From a virus, in the IMG/VR virus record IMGVR_UViG_3300028571_000009: a stretch of 64,000 nt of DNA, one strand, 5' to 3'. This document shows positions 29,848 to 39,475 of the stretch, piece by piece. The stretch's first letter is position 1. Each line of letters opens with the position of its first letter. The notes beneath the pieces are model-generated. The model made no database searches. It saw only the letters and a list, made by a program, of their open reading frames with translations, and was not told where the DNA came from. The translations under genes and the position numbers were made by a program.

Positions 29848-30678
29848 ATGAAGATAGAAGCAGTCACTGTATGTGTGAATTACTCGGACTTTCTTGAACA
29901 TTCCATACGATACAATAAAGAACTATTCGATAAATGGGTGGTAGTAACCGATAACAAGGACACAAAAACGAAGGAACTTTGTGACCGCACCGGAGTGATG
30001 TGTGTCCAGACCGACGAATTTTACCGCGACGGTTCTACCTTTGCAAAATACCGTGGCATTAATGAAGGTCTTAAGCATCTGGATAAGGATGGTTGGATTG
30101 TGTTTATGGATGGAGATATTCTATTATCACCATTAACTCGTAGAGTATTCGAAAGAAAGGAGTTACAAAAACATAAAATGTATGGCATTGATAGGTTGAA
30201 CTGCAAAGGGTATGAACGATTCGTACAATTTGAGCAGAGTAACCCGGTGATTATTGATAATTGGTTACTACATGGTGCTGGTTTAGAGTTCGGAGCAAGA
30301 ATTGTTCATATATATGGTGATGAATCTGAGAATGGTAGATTTACCGGTTGGAAACCGCTAGGATTCTTTCAGATGATTCATTCAAGTAAACTAGTAGACT
30401 ACCCGGACCATTCACCTAATGCATCACGTGGTGATTTAGAATTTACTAAGCTATGGCGCATGGAAGACCGGGAACTCATTCCGGAGATAATCGGCGTACA
30501 CATTTATACAGAAGATTATAAGGGGCAGAATTGGGGCAGTCGCCAATCTAAACCATTTACATACGAAACACCGCAACCGTATCTCAAACGGTTATATGAT
30601 AAAACAGGCATACGGTTAAATAGATACAAATATTGGCTTCATATGTTTATTATTCACGTCATTCGTACGCTGAGATAA
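29848..30678 (+). CDS. GT-A/GT2-like glycosyltransferase
   Basis: VCVNY.DFL, FMDGDI DxD, GFFQ, D..F. Confidence 0.7.
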   Translation: MKIEAVTVCVNYSDFLEHSIRYNKELFDKWVVVTDNKDTKTKELCDRTGVMCVQTDEFYRDGSTFAKYRGINEGLKHLDKDGWIVFMDGDILLSPLTRRVFERKELQKHKMYGIDRLNCKGYERFVQFEQSNPVIIDNWLLHGAGLEFGARIVHIYGDESENGRFTGWKPLGFFQMIHSSKLVDYPDHSPNASRGDLEFTKLWRMEDRELIPEIIGVHIYTEDYKGQNWGSRQSKPFTYETPQPYLKRLYDKTGIRLNRYKYWLHMFIIHVIRTLR

Positions 30679-30729
30679 CAATCCACTACATCATTTGGTA
30701 ATGTCAACTGTATTTCTTATCTTAAGAAT

Positions 30730-31407
30730 ATGAAGACATGGATAATAAGTGACACACACGCACAACATTGGTCATTAAGTTTGCCAAAAGAACCAATAGA
30801 AACTGTAATACATGCTGGAGATTCTACAAATTACAGAGATTTATTTAATAATCAACCAGAATTTGAAAAATTTATAGAATGGTTTGGTGGGTTATCTATT
30901 AAGAATAAAGTATTAATAGCAGGTAATCATGATACATGGGCTTTAAAAAAGTATAATGTAGATAGAATTAAAGAATTAGGAATTCATTATTTAGAACATG
31001 AATATGTGGAATTAGAAGGAAGACTCATATTTGGAAGTCCTTACACCCCTACATTTGGTCAATGGCATTTTATGAAAGATAGAAGTAAACTATCACAATA
31101 TTGGGAAGCTTTAACAGATAAAATTGATGTTTTAGTAACACATGGAGCACCTAAAGGAATATTAGACCTATCCCATAATAGAGAACATAATCTTGAATAT
31201 TGTGGAGATGGGGCATTAACTAAAGCTGTATTTAAATTTCAGCCTAAATTTCATGTATTTGGACATATTCATGATTCAGATGGCTGTTTTAATTCAGGGA
31301 TTACTAAATTATCAGGGAGAGAAACAACATTTATTAATGCTTCTTGTGTAACAGATGGTAAATTTAATCAAGGTTGTAGTAGTCATGGTCAAATAATAGA
31401 AATTTAA
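30730..31407 (+). CDS. Metallophosphoesterase (MPPED-like)
   Basis: SDTH, HAGD, AGNHD, VTHG.P, FGHIH. Confidence 0.85.
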   Translation: MKTWIISDTHAQHWSLSLPKEPIETVIHAGDSTNYRDLFNNQPEFEKFIEWFGGLSIKNKVLIAGNHDTWALKKYNVDRIKELGIHYLEHEYVELEGRLIFGSPYTPTFGQWHFMKDRSKLSQYWEALTDKIDVLVTHGAPKGILDLSHNREHNLEYCGDGALTKAVFKFQPKFHVFGHIHDSDGCFNSGITKLSGRETTFINASCVTDGKFNQGCSSHGQIIEI

Positions 31408-31499
31408 TTAAACAATGGTATGGTTTGATATAGGCAACGCGGAGCGTGTAGTATATATACAAAAAGCAATAGAAGAAGTAAGGGCATTAATATAGTATT

Positions 31500-31835
31500 A
31501 TGGTAAATAAATACGATACCGAGTTTGTCCGAAGGCAGCTGTATGATATACACTTCAAATTAAACGGTTCATCATATGAAGAGTCGTCCGGGGCATTAAA
31601 TATGATGATAAAAGAATTGAATGAACAGTCTATAGCAATAGATAAGTTTAAAGAAGAGTATAAGAAGAATCATAAGATGTGTCCAAAGTGTAATACATTA
31701 CAGCATAGTACAACATTAGTAGCATACGTACTAGATATGGATAAGAAGGAAGAGTATAAGAACCTGAATAAGTGTGTATGCACTAACTGTGGTAATATAC
31801 ATACGACACATGACAGAGTAGCAGAATTGCAATAA
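31500..31835 (+). CDS. Zn-ribbon hypothetical protein
   Basis: CPKC and CTNC. Confidence 0.55.
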   Translation: MVNKYDTEFVRRQLYDIHFKLNGSSYEESSGALNMMIKELNEQSIAIDKFKEEYKKNHKMCPKCNTLQHSTTLVAYVLDMDKKEEYKNLNKCVCTNCGNIHTTHDRVAELQ

Positions 31836-32060
31836 ATAATATATTATATCACATTAAATAATATAGTGTGATTCTACCTAAGACAACCATATAGGTATTT
31901 GTTTACAGAAGAGATAATCTTATACCCAATATTGGAAGATGGGTGTATAATGCTTTCTAAAGAGCAATACCTAATTAGCTTAAGATTAAAAGGAATATAA
32001 TACCGGAGCCTAAAAGAATGGTAATGTATGTATACGCCCCATACCGAAGAAATATGAAGA

Positions 32061-32090
32061 AGTATCGCCAAGTATCACCAAGTATCACCA
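32061..32090 (+). repeat. 10-bp tandem repeat x3
   Basis: AGTATC(G/A)CCA x3. Confidence 0.85.
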
Positions 32091-32141
32091 GCTGACTGTC
32101 TGCATGTCTCACCCGCTCATAACTTTATTCTCTGCAGGTTT

Positions 32142-32187
32142 TAGACTCGTTTGGTAATATCAACAAATTATCGTATCTTAATAATAT
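32142..32187 (+). promoter_or_regulatory. Promoter, copy 2 of the 46-bp repeat
   Basis: 44/46 identical to 27411-27456; followed by ATA rather than ATG. Confidence 0.75.
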
Positions 32188-32553
32188 AAAAGAAAAATAG
32201 AAATATTTGTTTAAGAATCAAGGTTCTGATAATACTTATTGGCATGTTAATGTCGTAATCAATAATACAGTGTATCGTATATTGCATACTTTTGATTATC
32301 CCGGCTTTGTAGGTGCACATTATAATAAGTAATGAGCTAGACCCGGATGGTAATTGGTGTGATAAAACATGCCAGAGTTTCCGGAATAAAGTTCAGCACT
32401 TCCTAGTACGGAAGTTATAAAATAAGCACTTATAAGGAAGTATTGCCCGGAATTAGTTTTGGGCAATACACCCATGTTTCGGCAATAAACATGCTCGAGT
32501 TTCCGGTTTGCTTCATTTTGAATATTTTGAGAAAAAAACTAGCTCAAAGGCTC

Positions 32554-32672
32554 GCGCTACCAAGAGCCGCAGGAATTTTTAGCACGATACTCTAAGTGTC
32601 GCCCGTGGGTAAAAAAAGTCGACCTGCTAGAAATATCAAAAGAGCTATAATCTTGGCCACTCTTGGTAGCGC
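32554..32672. repeat. 13-bp perfect inverted repeat
   Basis: GCGCTACCAAGAG 32554-66 / CTCTTGGTAGCGC 32660-72. Confidence 0.85.
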
Positions 32673-32830
32673 TAAGTATTGCACTACCCGGGTTTGGTAA
32701 AATATTGATAATCAAGGGGGTATAACTAATTGATAATCAAGGGCGTTATTTTCTAGATTTCTTACATATTCCTTGGTCAATCGGGCACGAATCCTTATCT
32801 TAATAATATGAGAAATAAACCATACAATAT

Positions 32831-33451
32831 ATGTTAAGTAAAAAGAGCAAAGCTCAGCTTGAGCAAGTTAAGAAGTATATTCTGGATAATCACGTAACCA
32901 GCTTTCAAACCCGCACGGCGCTAGACCGATTGATTGAGAGAATTAAGTTTCCGCGTGTTCGTAAGCTGGAAGAGATGTACGGGACTATAAACCGAACATA
33001 TTATAAGAATCAGCAATATGACCCGATTCGTAACGAGTTGGTTGATAGTGGATTCTTGAGTATGAAGCGTGTTGGTAACCGATGTGAGTTTACTGTTATA
33101 GGTGGGAAAGAGCGTGAAGCGTTTAATAAATTTATGGGGTTTCCGGTTGAGGCGTTTACAAATCTCGCAAATATCGTGTCGAGATTACCGATGCTACCCA
33201 CCAAAGATACTAGTATGCAATTTGCAGAACCGGCTAAACCTAATGGTGGTGATTCACCGGACTATGATTACTTATTACAGAAAGTAGCGTCTCTGAGATG
33301 TAGTAATACCGCGTTACAGAAAGAAAACGAGAGACTTCAAGCTGCTGCGGCCGACCCTTCTGTGTTACCGTTTGTACTAGCAATTACTGGAGTATCAATA
33401 TTAGCGATTACCGCCATAATAGTCATTGGGTTAATGGCCTCGCATAACTAA
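32831..33451 (+). CDS. Hypothetical protein with C-terminal TM
   Basis: ORF behind operator and promoter. Confidence 0.6.
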   Translation: MLSKKSKAQLEQVKKYILDNHVTSFQTRTALDRLIERIKFPRVRKLEEMYGTINRTYYKNQQYDPIRNELVDSGFLSMKRVGNRCEFTVIGGKEREAFNKFMGFPVEAFTNLANIVSRLPMLPTKDTSMQFAEPAKPNGGDSPDYDYLLQKVASLRCSNTALQKENERLQAAAADPSVLPFVLAITGVSILAITAIIVIGLMASHN

Positions 33452-33519
33452 TTGATTATCAAAGGGATAAAATTTCATATGTCCTTGTTCGTTTGAACTA
33501 TAATCCTTATCTTAATAAT

Positions 33520-33819
33520 ATGAGAAAAATAGATGTAAAAAAGAATGTGGAATTCGCCCTCGATGAACAATATATTCCCGGGTATATTATGGTTACCGAC
33601 CTAATAGAATTCCTTAAAGAGAATGACCATTATCAGGCTTTGACTATGTTTGAAGATGATGTGAACGTTCGATGGGTGCTACCGATAGCGATGCCCGGAC
33701 CGGGTTCGCCTGTATGTGTTCCTTTGGCATATGTACAATCACTGTTTATTATAGAGATACACGGTGCTTATGAAGCCTTTGAATTATTAATATCTAAATA
33801 TACAATATATGGCAAGTAA
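33520..33819 (+). CDS. Hypothetical protein
   Basis: ATG 4 nt after TATCTTAA. Confidence 0.55.
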   Translation: MRKIDVKKNVEFALDEQYIPGYIMVTDLIEFLKENDHYQALTMFEDDVNVRWVLPIAMPGPGSPVCVPLAYVQSLFIIEIHGAYEAFELLISKYTIYGK

Positions 33820-34099
33820 ACTATTGAAAATCACTCGAAAAGAGTATAAAGAGCTTTTGCCCGTGATGATTAAAATCAGGGAACGTTTTGTTAAGGCTAC
33901 AGGTTGTGATTACTGTAAGGTATTCACCCACCGAAACTGTGATGGTGGTAGAACAAAGCTATGGTTGCATCGCGGTAAGCAAACGTGTAAATTGCCCGCT
34001 ACGGTAACTGTTGGGAAGTATGTATACTCAGTAGAGAAATATACCATGGGTGGTATGTATGGACACGATATTGCAATTCTTTTTAAAAGAATCGCATAA
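33809..34099 (+). CDS. Hypothetical protein
   Basis: ORF; stop lies in the operator arm. Confidence 0.55.
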   Translation: MASKLLKITRKEYKELLPVMIKIRERFVKATGCDYCKVFTHRNCDGGRTKLWLHRGKQTCKLPATVTVGKYVYSVEKYTMGGMYGHDIAILFKRIA

Positions 34100-34168
34100 C
34101 TGCTTGATAATCAATACCGTTCATTTGGAAGAAAGTTTGCGAATTCCTTGTATATATGAGCGTCTTAT

Positions 34169-34550
34169 CTTATCTTTAAGTATAAGGGTTAGATATTTAA
34201 CCAAAACATAAAAATTAATAAAAAATGGCAAAATTAAACGAAAACATTAATTACGGACAAATGGTATTGGATTCAATTGACCAGTTGAATGGGGCTAAGA
34301 AAATCAGCGCTACCTATATCCAAACAGAAGCAAAAGAAAACTTCGGTGAAGAATTCAACCAAAAAGAAATGGAAGAATTAACAAGATTATTTCTAGAGCA
34401 AGGTGTTATAGTTATAACTAATTGATAATCAATACCATTCATTTGGAGAAAGTTTCCAAATAACTTGTATTTTTCACCCTGAATCCTTATCTTTAAGTAT
34501 AAGGGTTAGATATTTAACCAAAACATAAAAATTAATAAAAAATGGCAAAA
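34169..34550 (+). repeat. 65-bp perfect direct repeat (34169-34233 and 34486-34550)
   Basis: Covers the -7 box, 5' UTR and ATGGCAAAA of two successive genes. Confidence 0.92.
34225..34425 (+). CDS. Hypothetical protein
   Basis: ORF within the repeat unit. Confidence 0.6.
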   Translation: MAKLNENINYGQMVLDSIDQLNGAKKISATYIQTEAKENFGEEFNQKEMEELTRLFLEQGVIVITN

Positions 34551-34874
34551 GGAAGCACTAGGACCAAGTCGGAGAAACAAGATGCAATAATGGGACAGTT
34601 TGATGCGGTTATCCGTTCAGCAAACAGAAGTGGGTCATTTAACCAGAATGAGTCAGTAGCTCAACGCGAAGACCGTTTGCTTAAGGAATCCATTTCGTAT
34701 CATAAGGCCTTTGAAAGTAAGGAAGCGGCGATTGCTAAATTCGACCGCGAGAATAAGCCGGAATTTGCTTTCCGTGGTATTGACCCAGTAGCCGGGTTAG
34801 AGATGTATAAAAAGCTTAACGCTGAATATAGCTCGAAACGCAAGACTTTTATTGCTTCATTTGATAAAAAGTAA
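34542..34874 (+). CDS. Hypothetical protein
   Basis: ORF. Confidence 0.6.
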   Translation: MAKGSTRTKSEKQDAIMGQFDAVIRSANRSGSFNQNESVAQREDRLLKESISYHKAFESKEAAIAKFDRENKPEFAFRGIDPVAGLEMYKKLNAEYSSKRKTFIASFDKK

Positions 34875-34951
34875 GATATGTTTAAAATTGGAAATTATGA
34901 GCCGGAGGAACTAATCCTTCTATTTTTAGTCTTTATAACCCTTTGTTCACT

Positions 34952-35191
34952 ATGATAACGACAAAAAGACCTACCCCGAAAAGGGCGTATGAAATTGCCC
35001 TATTTGGCCCGCAAGGAAATGCTTATTATATCATGGGGGTCGCTGAGAGTATAATGAAACAGATTAACCGGGAAATTCCTGGTAGATATGATTCAGAAGC
35101 TATTATAGCTGAGATGACATCAGGTGATTATGAAAACCTGGTAGCCGTTATGGAAAAGCATTTCGGAGATTATGTAATAATGTATAGATAA
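34952..35191 (+). CDS. Conserved phage hypothetical protein
   Basis: G..GNA..IMG...SGDYE.L...E..FG pattern. Confidence 0.6.
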   Translation: MITTKRPTPKRAYEIALFGPQGNAYYIMGVAESIMKQINREIPGRYDSEAIIAEMTSGDYENLVAVMEKHFGDYVIMYR

Positions 35192-35195
35192 TACT

Positions 35196-35366
35196 ATGAG
35201 CGCAGAAAAAGAAGAACTTTATAAGACAATTATTGCTGACGCTAAACAGCTCGGCGCGACTACCACTGATGACCTGAGGGATATCATAGGTAATCTACCA
35301 GGAGACCCGGATATTACTGGGGCCGACTTTGAGATATTACGTAAAATGTTAAAGATTAAAAACTAA
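35196..35366 (+). CDS. Hypothetical 56-aa protein (not in ORF track)
   Basis: Hand-translated MSAEKEEL...LKIKN; stop overlaps next ATG. Confidence 0.55.
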   Translation: MSAEKEELYKTIIADAKQLGATTTDDLRDIIGNLPGDPDITGADFEILRKMLKIKN

Positions 35367-35677
35367 TGAATTGGACTCCGGAATTAGTATTTGAAGGGTT
35401 GAACCCACCCGTAATCATCAGTAAGGATGTACATACAAACTATGTCGTTAATGGTGGTAAATGGTATGACGCTCCTTTAAACGTGACTCTGGATATGGTT
35501 CGAAGTCAATGGAAACGTTGGCGACCTAAAGGGTATATCGAAAACACAGTAGCTAAATATACCAAGTTCCGGAGTAGCTCCAGTGATGCTATTTATACCG
35601 TGTCTGAACAGAACGGGTTTAAGACCTGTGATTGCCCGGGATTCACATACAGAAAAAAGTGTAAGCACGTAAATTAA
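35366..35677 (+). CDS. SWIM zinc-finger protein
   Basis: CDCPGFTYRKKCKH. Confidence 0.75.
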   Translation: MNWTPELVFEGLNPPVIISKDVHTNYVVNGGKWYDAPLNVTLDMVRSQWKRWRPKGYIENTVAKYTKFRSSSSDAIYTVSEQNGFKTCDCPGFTYRKKCKHVN

Positions 35678-35682
35678 GAATT

Positions 35683-35868
35683 ATGATTACTACAGATAAA
35701 GGGGAACTTTCCCGCGAAGAAAAACTCATCAGAATTGAAGAGATTTGCAAGAAGATGTCAAAAGGAGAATTACTGGAAGAGTTGTTATCGGTAGTTAACA
35801 TGTTAGGTAATGACCTAGCCGGTATCGCTTTTATGGAAGATATTCACGATTCACACTTTAATCAATAA
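35683..35868 (+). CDS. Hypothetical protein
   Basis: ORF. Confidence 0.5.
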   Translation: MITTDKGELSREEKLIRIEEICKKMSKGELLEELLSVVNMLGNDLAGIAFMEDIHDSHFNQ

Positions 35869-35869
35869 T

Positions 35870-36103
35870 ATGAGTAATACTAAAACTGTAATAGGTAGAT
35901 TTTCTGATTATCAGAAAGCTAAGATTTGGATTGAAGCGATGTTACCATATGACGTCGACAGGCTATTGCCCGCAGCAAACCAAATTATCAATGAAAGCTA
36001 CCAATATTGCATCATATATGATGGTCTCAATAAACCTAATGGTAGAACTCTAACTATACCCAGCCCGCAACTATCTGAGAATCAAGTGGTTATAACTAAT
36101 TGA
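35870..36103 (+). CDS. Hypothetical protein
   Basis: ORF; C-terminal VVITN encoded by the operator arm. Confidence 0.5.
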   Translation: MSNTKTVIGRFSDYQKAKIWIEAMLPYDVDRLLPAANQIINESYQYCIIYDGLNKPNGRTLTIPSPQLSENQVVITN

Positions 36104-36177
36104 TAATCAAAGGGATAAAATGCCGGAAAGTTTCCAAATAACTTGTATTTTTCAGCCGGTATCCTTATCTTAATAAT

Positions 36178-36384
36178 ATGAGAAAAGCTAAAGATTCATT
36201 CCAAATAGTGCCCATTAAGCTGTCCCTGGGCATAGCATACCTTCTTAAGGAAGGAAATCAAATTCACGGACAGTTCATTTCCATCCAAAAGGCTGAGCAG
36301 CGAAAGCTGAGAATATTAGCTGACCGCGAAGAAATTAAGGTCATCAAAGAATCGGCCAATATCGAATTTAAAATCGAACAATAA
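36178..36384 (+). CDS. Hypothetical protein
   Basis: ATG 4 nt after TATCTTAA. Confidence 0.55.
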   Translation: MRKAKDSFQIVPIKLSLGIAYLLKEGNQIHGQFISIQKAEQRKLRILADREEIKVIKESANIEFKIEQ

Positions 36385-36385
36385 T

Positions 36386-36616
36386 ATGAGAACAAAAATA
36401 ACAATTGACTTTAACGCGACAGAGTTTCGTAAAGTAATCGTACCGGGAACGGTAACCACAGAAAGGGGTGAAACTCTAGAATTTGAAATCGTGGCCGATG
36501 TTGATGCTATGCAACCGCAGGACATATGCGTTGAATGGGCTGATGCGCCGATTATAAAAAGTGAAGAGTGGGTATTGACTGATGCAATCAAACAGCAATA
36601 TCTGGCGGAAAGATAA
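36386..36616 (+). CDS. Hypothetical protein
   Basis: ORF. Confidence 0.55.
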   Translation: MRTKITIDFNATEFRKVIVPGTVTTERGETLEFEIVADVDAMQPQDICVEWADAPIIKSEEWVLTDAIKQQYLAER

Positions 36617-36690
36617 TTACCGATTCGTTTGGTAGTATGGAATAAATTACTTATCTTAATATTATTAGTTAAAATTAAAAATTGAAACAA

Positions 36691-37131
36691 ATGGCTAACA
36701 CCACAAAATCGACAATCTTCGGAACGTCAAAAGGATATGATATCCAAATTGGTAATGTGTATGAAAACGCAACACCGCAAACTCTTTACCCGCGTCAAGC
36801 TGCAAGAGAGCTTTGGAAAATTGAAAATGTAAATGGGTTCACCATTACAGAAATGAATAAAGCTGGTAGACGTTTTACCTGCGACTTCTTTGACGCAAAC
36901 CGTAAGGTAGTGAAGACCAAACGAGTATATCGTGAATATGTTGAATCAATGATTGACCAGTTAGGATTGACTGTTCCGGATGCATCTACTGAAACCGCAC
37001 CGGCTGATACCACTAAAAAGGTAACCGCTGCAAAAGGTAAGAGTAAGAAGACTGCTAAGGGTGCTACATCTAAGGAAGTTATCGTTGATGACACACCGGA
37101 CATGATTACCGAACCGTTGGAATTCGCTTAA
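36691..37131 (+). CDS. Hypothetical protein with Ala/Lys/Thr-rich tail
   Basis: ORF behind its own promoter. Confidence 0.6.
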   Translation: MANTTKSTIFGTSKGYDIQIGNVYENATPQTLYPRQAARELWKIENVNGFTITEMNKAGRRFTCDFFDANRKVVKTKRVYREYVESMIDQLGLTVPDASTETAPADTTKKVTAAKGKSKKTAKGATSKEVIVDDTPDMITEPLEFA

Positions 37132-37137
37132 GTCACG

Positions 37138-37222
37138 AAACCCTGGGGAAATCGATGGACACTAAGTCGCCCCCGGACGGGCACGACCACAGAAGGACTT
37201 CGCCAGTACCCAGGGTTTTTTT
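37138..37222 (+). terminator. Large structured terminator or ncRNA
   Basis: AAACCCTGGG/CCCAGGGTTT stem enclosing 61 nt, then T tract. Confidence 0.55.
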
Positions 37223-37261
37223 AATCTAAATCATTAATAACTAAATAAAAGAATAACAAAT

Positions 37262-37564
37262 ATGGCAGCAGCAACAGCATCAGTAAGCGCCCCAAAAGGC
37301 AAATCAAGACAGGACTCTACATTACCACGCGGATTCATGGAATCGCCGGAGTATTTAGCAAAGCGTGCTAATATGCAGGCCGAGGTGAATAAGTTTAATT
37401 ATAAGCCCAAAGAGCGTTCGTCAGAGAAATGGAAGAAAACACCGGAGGAACGGTTGCAGTTAGCCAATCTAAAATTGCAGTTATTCACAGCAATAAGAAA
37501 ACACGGAAACGACCCAAAGAAGCGCATGAATGACGCTGAGCCAATCCGGGTTACCGTTTGGTAA
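37262..37564 (+). CDS. Hypothetical basic protein
   Basis: ORF. Confidence 0.55.
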   Translation: MAAATASVSAPKGKSRQDSTLPRGFMESPEYLAKRANMQAEVNKFNYKPKERSSEKWKKTPEERLQLANLKLQLFTAIRKHGNDPKKRMNDAEPIRVTVW

Positions 37565-37592
37565 AATTTTAAGAAAATATACTTTTTGATTA

Positions 37593-37621
37593 TATGCCTC
37601 ACCAAAAGTGGGGCATTTTTC
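37593..37621 (+). terminator. Rho-independent terminator
   Basis: ATGCCTCAC-CAAAA-GTGGGGCAT then TTTT. Confidence 0.7.
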
Positions 37622-37871
37622 ATGAACTACCCTTCTTAGCCTTCATTTAACGGGCTAGTAGAATACCCGTAATATCTTATATCATAAGCCGTATCGATAC
37701 TCTTATAAGCTCTATAAAGCACTATCTTGTATAACTGCTTGATAATCAATTAACTATAACTAATTGATAATCAATATCATAAAGTTTCGGAAAGTTTCAT
37801 TTGGCCTTGGTCAATCGGTATCTATCTATTATATTTAAGTATAAGGGATAGAAATAAAAACCCTTCAAATT

Positions 37872-38057
37872 ATGGTTAAGAAAGTTAAAGTATTTGAAAT
37901 TTATGTGTCAACTCCAAATGGTGGTTCTGAAAGGTATAATATGTCTATGATAACCGATTACACGGCCGCGTGCAAGTTACGCGATTACGTTGTTGGTAAG
38001 GTTGGTCACCCGAATGTGTATATTATGCCAAGTACGGCTAATTGGGTAGTCTCATAA
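37872..38057 (+). CDS. Hypothetical protein
   Basis: ORF behind operator pair and promoter. Confidence 0.55.
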   Translation: MVKKVKVFEIYVSTPNGGSERYNMSMITDYTAACKLRDYVVGKVGHPNVYIMPSTANWVVS

Positions 38058-38119
38058 TTACTTGGTAGTGTCAATCGAATTAATTATCTTTAAGTATAAA
38101 CCTAATAAAAATTAAAAAA

Positions 38120-39307
38120 ATGAATAGAATCGGAATGGTCGTCCAAGAGACGAGATTTGTAAAAGTGTATTGTAACGGCAAGGATATCTCTAAGGAGGTT
38201 CCGCAGGCCATAAGATTAGCCGCTCGTGATGCGGGTAAGGATGTTGAATGTATTGCGGGTGAGTGGGTAGTGTCCGGACAGGCTGCTACTGGTATTGTGT
38301 CTAAGCCTGATGTAGAGCTTGAAGAAGCTACTATGGTTAAGCTCAAAGCTACCGAGTCGGTCAATTCTACCGATGGTTCTATTGTGAATATTACGAACTT
38401 TGTGCATAGAGAAGCTGCCGGCTTAAAACCCTCCCACTTCTTTATCTCGGACCTTAAGTGGAAGTATTTAATAAGAGCCGTGATGCGTGGGCGCAATGTG
38501 CTTATGACTGGGCCCGCTGGGACTGGTAAAACTATGGCAGTGAAACACGTGGTGAACGCTTTAAATCGCCCTCACTTTTACTTTAATATGGGTGCTACTC
38601 AGGACCCGAGAACGACATTGATTGGTAATACCCACTTCAAGAAAGATTCGGGAACGTATTTCGCTCAGAGTTTATTTGTGACCGCTATTCAGACTCCAAA
38701 TGCTGTGATATTGCTGGATGAGATTAGTCGTGCTCACCCCGAAGCTGGTAACTTATTAATGCCGGTTCTGGATATGAACCAGCGTTATTTGCGTCTAGAT
38801 GAAAAAGACGATAGTCCGACTATCCCAGTTGCTGAAGGTGTTTCTTTCATAGGAACTGCCAATATTGGAAATGAATATACCGGAACCAGAACTATGGACC
38901 GTGCATTGAAGGACCGTTTCTCAACCACTATTGAAATGGAAGAACTTAACTCTTCCGAGGAGTTGCGTCTGTTGAAATTATTGTACCCTAAGGGTGATAA
39001 GCAAGTATTAGGCGCGATTGCCGATATTGCCGGTCATACCCGTGAGAATATCAAATCTGAGAATCCTAAGGTTGGAACCACTATATCAACCCGTATGGCA
39101 GTTGAAATGGGTTCACTTAGTGTCGACGGGTTTAGTTTAGCTGAAATTGCTGATGTAACCATTTACCCATTCTATTCAGAAGAAGGTGGGGTTGACTCTG
39201 AGAGAGTTTATATGAAGCAATTGGTTCAGAAATATATCAAAACCACTGATAGCAAGCTATTCGGTGATGGTGACACTGTGGCTCCAACCACTGCTAGCCC
39301 ATTCTAA
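38120..39307 (+). CDS. MoxR/CbbQ/CobS-type AAA+ ATPase
   Basis: GPAGTGKT Walker A, ILLDEISR Walker B, GTAN, MDRAL.DRF. Confidence 0.9.
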   Translation: MNRIGMVVQETRFVKVYCNGKDISKEVPQAIRLAARDAGKDVECIAGEWVVSGQAATGIVSKPDVELEEATMVKLKATESVNSTDGSIVNITNFVHREAAGLKPSHFFISDLKWKYLIRAVMRGRNVLMTGPAGTGKTMAVKHVVNALNRPHFYFNMGATQDPRTTLIGNTHFKKDSGTYFAQSLFVTAIQTPNAVILLDEISRAHPEAGNLLMPVLDMNQRYLRLDEKDDSPTIPVAEGVSFIGTANIGNEYTGTRTMDRALKDRFSTTIEMEELNSSEELRLLKLLYPKGDKQVLGAIADIAGHTRENIKSENPKVGTTISTRMAVEMGSLSVDGFSLAEIADVTIYPFYSEEGGVDSERVYMKQLVQKYIKTTDSKLFGDGDTVAPTTASPF

Positions 39308-39319
39308 AATTATTAGGTT

Positions 39320-39349
39320 ACCCGGGTTGAGAAATCGCCCGGGTTTTTA
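39320..39349 (+). terminator. Rho-independent terminator
   Basis: ACCCGGG...CCCGGGTTTTT. Confidence 0.75.
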
Positions 39350-39475
39350 TACGCCTGATAATCAAGCAGTTATACACACTCGCGTAACTAGCTGATAATC
39401 AATACCGTTCATTTACACAAATCCTTGTGCATTCGCCCTGGATTTACTATCTTTATAATATAAGAAATAAGAAAT

